Assembly: GCA_004431415.1 (NCBI GenBank)
Contig: QPMI01000638.1
Coordinates: forward strand, 124,001-188,000
Source of the DNA: Cyanophora paradoxa CCMP329
Taxonomy: Eukaryota; Plantae; Glaucophyta
Direction: 5' to 3'
DNA: 64,000 nt
Below, in pieces: positions 58,935 to 64,000 of the stretch; position 1 is the stretch's first letter; each line of letters begins with the position of its first letter. The position numbers were made by a program, and so were the translations under genes. Below the pieces are notes generated by a model, which saw only the letters and a list, made by a program, of their open reading frames with translations, searched no databases and had not been told where the DNA came from.

Positions 58935-59150
58935 GAGTGTCCACGGCCGCGGGGAGGTGCATCACTCCCCTTTAGCTGAGCTATAGAGGGCCACGCGCGC
59001 AGGGCCCCGCACCGGCGCCAGCCTGGCAGGCCTGGTCGGCCAGTTGAAATTCGCTGGTGGGCTGGGCCCGCGGCCACAGCGGCCGCAGTGTACATTCCCA
59101 CACGTGCACTTGTAGCCCGGACTTGTGGTTTGAATTCGTGTCCAAATGCT
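58935..59150 (+). repeat. R1 copy
   Basis: Collinear with 30059-30249. Confidence 0.85.
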
Positions 59151-59753
59151 GTATGTACCCAGAACCCAAATCGAAGTCCGACCCCAAAGCTCGAGCCCAA
59201 TTCATGCAAGTCCAAATCACCCCATGATCAGCTGCAGGAGTGATCTGTCTCGAGCCCAAGCTGAAGTCCAAATCAAATTCCCAAAGATGCAGCTGGCCGC
59301 TAACGTACACAACGGCCGCTCTCTGCGATTTCGATCTGCCATAAGACTTCGATCTGGATCTCGGAGGTATTGATATCGATCTGACCCGGCGACTGCCCAC
59401 AGTTCCGCGACCCTCACAGATCGCGACGGCCACAGTTCCAGCGCCACCCCTTTCACTGAGTCAGACGCAGTGTAATGCAGCTCCACCTTTTGCGCCCCGT
59501 GCGGGAACGGGAACGTTTCAACTGAACGGAGTTTGCGTCACGCCCCGCCATTGTTAACTTCTTCCGCCAATGAAATTAGCCCAGCGCAAACTGAGCTCGA
59601 ACTTGGCTCGTACACAGTGGCGTACACACCGGCCACAACGTCACAGTAACGGTCAGCAGGCCGGCTTGCTAGTCAGCTTCCTCGGCTAGGCCGACTAGCT
59701 AGCTTCCCGCCATCGCGCACGCCCGAGCGCGAGCATTCCTGCACGCCGCGTGC

Positions 59754-61117
59754 ATGAAGCAGTCAAAGCGAAGAACCAGCCTCTGGATGACGGCTTCGAC
59801 GAGGCCGACGTCGGCACGCTGGCACGCAAGCGACCCGACAGCAGCAGCTCGTGGCCGCAAGGGCAACATGAAGCGTGTCAACAAGATCACTCAGCAGGCG
59901 CGCAAGCGAAGAGCCCAAGCTCCTGACCTCGACATCTCAAGGCGAGCACCCCGCGGCAACGGTCCGCTGCCTGGACACCAGCGGCCGCGCCTACCACGTT
60001 CGCCTTGGCGACTTCGTCATCTGTTCAGTTAGCTCAGACACCCAGCTGTGTCCAGAACTCAGCGTCGTTCGCCCGAAGCCCTTCCATTTCCCGCGCCCAG
60101 GTGAAACGATTTTGGCGCGAGTCGAGGCGAGTTCCCAACACAGACGAAGGCGAAGCGCGGCGACTTCAACTACTCCGTCAACGGCGTCATCCTTCGGCGC
60201 TTCGTGCGCCCGGAGGACTCCGATGTGAAGGACTGCGGGCTCGGCAGCGTGATCATCAAGGCAGACGGGAGCAGGCAGCCGTGGCCATCGCAAACCACCT
60301 CATCTACTACTCGAACGTGACGGTCCGCCCGCCGCGCCCGCGCCCCGTTCCAGCGTCCGATGCCCGTGCGCGCAGGTTCACGCACCCGCGAAGGTGGTGG
60401 CCGCGGACGAGTACAAAGCCCTCAACCACGCCGATCCCCACATCTACGTCTGTAAGCAAATCATGACGTTCCCGGGCGACGGCTCCTTCCAGTTCGACGT
60501 CGCCCTCGCCTTCAACGCGAGCTCAAGCGAGTGGCGAAGAAGAAGATGGCGTGCTTCCTCCGCCGCTGTCGAGGCCGGAGGAGCGCGTGGAGGCGATTGG
60601 CTACCTTCAGGACGCCGCCGCGAACGCCCTCAAGCGCCGGAAGACCGGGACGCAGCTTGTCAACGTCAAGATCCCGGTGGCCGGGCCGGCAATGTTGGTC
60701 TGCGGCTCTTATGACTCGTTCGAAGTTCTTTTTCCTATCCTCTAACGGTGCGCATCGCAGGAGAACATCGTGGCGCAGGTCGCGCACGTCGCCACGCCAT
60801 CGACCCGAAGACGGGCCAGCCGATCCCGGTTGACAAGCTGCCGGCGGCGAATCGCTTCGTTATCGAGCTTCCGGACCGCGAGACCGCTGCTGGTGGAAGC
60901 CGCTTCCTTTTTCCCGCTCGCTGTTCTTTTTCCGACCTCTTTGCAGCTGTTCTCGGTCCTCCGGCGTGGCGCAAGCGTCCAAGCGCGTCCAAAGCTGCGT
61001 CGCCAAAGTCGTCTGGATTCACGTCCTCGCCGAGGTCGTCCTGGCTGCCGCAGGTGCTGCCGCCAATCTGGCCGTGCGCGGCCTGCCATCGCTGGCGCCG
61101 CCCAGCCACGCTCTAAT
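59754..61117 (+). CDS. BAH-like domain protein (frameshifted; possibly pseudogene)
   Basis: VRLGDFVIC...VKRFWRE...ILRRFVRPEDS...LIYYSN...KVVAADEY...IYVCKQ follows BAH motif order, but needs about two frame changes. Confidence 0.5.
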
Positions 61118-61502
61118 GGAACCGAACGCTGAGCCGACCTTGGCAGACAGCACAGAGAGCGGCATCTCGATCGCGAACGCTAAGCTATAAGCGCTTTTGC
61201 TTTTCCGCGCAAGTCCGTGGCTGGCCGCAATCTAGCTGCAGCTGGCCGTGCTTGGAAGGGGGGAGATGGCTTGGGGGGATATAGAATTTGGTCTAGCCAG
61301 CTCGAACTCGAACTCAGCCGGCTGATAGCCGCCGTGACACGGCCGTGTTCAAAATTCAATTCCATCCATTGTTAAAGCTCGCGAACTAGCGGGATGTCCA
61401 AAAGTCGCGCCGTTTTCGGCCGTCGAGGTCCGTCCGGGGCCGTCTGCGACATGCGAAACAGCTCCTTACGGAAGCTGTATTCCTTTCCTTTAGCGGCCCT
61501 CA

Positions 61503-61825
61503 GTGGCGGCTAACGGGCAAGCCCTCCGGCAAGGCCCGCATGCCTAGTCCAGTAGAGCAACAGAAAGGCTTAGATTTCGATTTCGACCCCTCGGTTTCGA
61601 CTTCGATCTTGACGTCGAGTTGCCTATTCGAGAGAGCCCGTGATCGCTGTGTGTGCATGTGTGTGTGTTCGATTTCGACCCCTCGGTTTGGACTTCGATC
61701 TTGACGTCGAGTTGCCTATCCGATGATCTGAGAGAGCCCGTGGATCGCACAGCGAACACTGCTAGTCCGAACATGTACAGCTACTGGTCTAGTCCAGATA
61801 TCGTGTGTGTCGTATCTTAAATGCA
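61503..61825 (+). repeat. R2 copy with internal partial duplication
   Basis: TTCGATTTCGACCCCTCGGTTT...GAGTTGCCTAT...GAGAGCCCGTG occurs twice, followed by the R2 tail. Confidence 0.85.
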
Positions 61826-61835
61826 CACCGTGTCT

Positions 61836-63605
61836 TTATACACAGAGCAGCTGATCGAGAATGACATGAAGCGGAACTCCAGGGAAGGACACAGATTTGC
61901 CTCCATGAGTCTGCACATTCACCGGCGTCTTCTCTGACTGAAATTCCTTGGGTAGCTGCAAGAGAAATGGCAGGTCCGGTACTGTTGTTTCACAATCACT
62001 CCTTGCAGACAGATCTCCTGTTATGGAAGATCACATAAAGGGCGCGAACGGCACAGCACATTGATCAAAAAACAATCACCACTTTGTGGACTGCCAGGCA
62101 GAATTGCATCGATGTGCGCAATCAGATCTTTATATGCCCCCAGAAGCGCCCCAGCAGACACATTCGCAAGTGATCCAGTCTCCTCTAAGCTTCGACTGGG
62201 GTTCTGCATTTGATGTGCAATGTGCCTGATTGTAACAGTGAGTGTACAGCAATCCCAAGAAAAAAACGCGCTCACACTACTGCCACGGATGTGACCATGG
62301 CACGATGAGAGCCACACAACTTCTTGGTGAAAACTTGTTCGGCTATATGAAGTGCAAGATTCTGGGTGTCCCTGTCCATTTGCAGCAGGTCACATGTTCG
62401 CTGCACAAGCGAAGCAAGGCTTGATGACGACGTTGAAGGAACCGACTGGCTCCACAGTGTCAATGTTCTAAAGCACGGTGAGTCATGGTGTCACATCAAT
62501 GCAGATTGGAAGTACCGGATGTGCTGAGCAATTTCTCGTTGAGCGATCCCAGACGCAAGCTGGATCTCTTGCATTCTGTTAGGTACTGTGCACACAATGC
62601 AGGCGGCTGCCAATGCCGGGATGTTCTTGTTGGCAAGAGACTTGTGTTTGGCAAAAGCACAGAACCTGCAGCCCGATATTGGGACGTCCTCTCTGCAAGG
62701 CGAGCCCAGAAAAGTTTTGCACTTACTGTTTGAAGGCTTCCTCAGCGACATTGGAGTCCAAGCCAACTTCGTCTCGAATGTCTTGGATCTGGACATACCC
62801 GTGAAGTATGCTGCAAAGATCAAACTAACCGAATGCTCAGTTTAAACATGGCTTCAGCACAGAGGAGTGTGACATACTTCAGTGGACTTCATCTCGTTAT
62901 GCCTTGCAGGCTGCTTGGAATGCAGCTGGCCGAAAGGCCGCATGGATTGCTCTTGCTTGATTGCAGGAGCTCCAAGCGAACCAAAAGCATCATCTTCGGA
63001 AAAAAACAGTCCAAGAAGACGCTCTAAATCGGCCAGCTCTCCTGGGACAGTTCTAAGGCGAGTTCGTCTGGTCAGAAATTAATTCGTCAATGTCAAAGAA
63101 TGCTTTCTGACCTCGACGTGGAGACAAATGCACTGTCATTGTGAACACGCATTTGAGAGAATGCAGTGATGAACCCTTTTGAGAAGAATGGGTCATCCGG
63201 TATCTGTCAAAAAAATTTCGGAGTCGTCACAAGCGCCAAATCGAGCAGCACGTGCAGCTCACCTCCCCCTCGTCAAATTGAAAGAGATCTGAGAGATCGG
63301 TCGTGACGAGGCAGAGAGGTGAGTCGTGTTGCGACGTGACTTGCGTTGTCCTCAGATCGATGTAACGTTCCTCAAGGACCTGTTGACATTGCGCACACGA
63401 GATCGTGCTGGCGCCGCGGCTGGAAAACCCGGAAGTCAGATGGGTGCCGTGTGTACTCGCAGCAAGATCAGATCGTAGGAAGTTAAAGAGCTTCGAAGAA
63501 GACGCGTATGTATACGAGCGCCCTCGTGGTCCAGTAAGACTCGAAGCGCGCTCACCTGAGGGATTCTGAAGAGCAAGCCGGACAAACGCGAGTGGATCCT
63601 TTCAT
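61836..63605 (-). CDS. Plant-type TFIIB-related protein (pBRP1-like)
   Basis: Zn ribbon MKGSTRVCPACSSESL...TISCAQCQQVLEER; HDSPLCLVT, DDPFFSKGFITAFS and GELADLERLL recall pBRP1 motifs. Cyclin repeats ALAAACI...EIQLASGIAQREIAQHIR and LVQRTCDLLQM...AYKDL. Confidence 0.85.
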
Positions 63606-63680
63606 GTCACGGTGGCGGTCGCGTGTCGCGAGCTCCCGGGCGGGTCGCGGTCTCGCGCGCGGCGGCGGTGGCCCGCGCTG

Positions 63681-63819
63681 CGCGGGTGGCGCCGGCGCTT
63701 CCGGCTAGCTTTGATTGCGAATGTAAGCAAGGTATCCTAGAATGGTCTCCGCGGGTGGCGCCGGCGCTTCCGGCTAGCTTTGATTGCGAATGTGAGCAAG
63801 GTATACTAGAATGGTCTCC
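63681..63819. repeat. 69-bp tandem duplication upstream of pBRP1-like gene
   Basis: CGCGGGTGGCGCCGGCGCTTCCGGCTAGCTTTGATTGCGAATGT... occurs twice, with 2 mismatches. Confidence 0.9.
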
Positions 63820-64000
63820 GATTCGGAGCGCCCGTCTTAGCTCCCGTCACGGTTGGTGTCGTGCAGCGGAAAACGGGGCGTGCGAGCTTCGCAGATGCCG
63901 CTTAGATCCCGCGGGAAAGCGTCCGGAATGGGTACAGGTACGCGACGTCTTAGCTTGATCTGCGCGGTTAACGTTAGGGCGTCCTTGATCTTCTGCGATT

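Overview
Eukaryotic nuclear DNA, gene-dense and GC-rich, with very many short (~45-60 nt) spliceosomal introns. Most long ORFs in the supplied track are therefore artefacts, and I rebuilt gene models by eye from splice signals. Gene content suggests a photosynthetic archaeplastidan: homogentisate solanesyltransferase, a Tic22-like domain and a pBRP1-type TFIIB-related factor. A glaucophyte such as Cyanophora is plausible, but that is inference. Recognisable genes: a hybrid histidine kinase with two intact receivers, a TraB/Tiki-domain protein fused to a Tic22-like domain, FAM76-like, an EF-hand protein, a MAPR/cytochrome b5-like protein, HST, tetraspanin-like, exosome CSL4, PheRS beta, RHD3/Sey1-like, DPM3, eEF2, Tra2-like, BAH-like and pBRP1-like, plus several hypothetical genes. 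Intergenic DNA holds at least three dispersed repeat families and several tandem arrays. Most notable: (1) the apparent TraB-Tic22 fusion gene; (2) a recurrent micro-mutation, X -> X.revcomp(X).X, seen by aligning repeat copies, which would explain the palindrome-rich intergenic DNA; (3) a 2.7-kb insert flanked by a 446-bp direct duplication that leaves both neighbouring genes intact; (4) frequent GC-AG introns and micro-exons. Gene boundaries are manual and approximate, and family calls rest on recalled motifs, not database searches.
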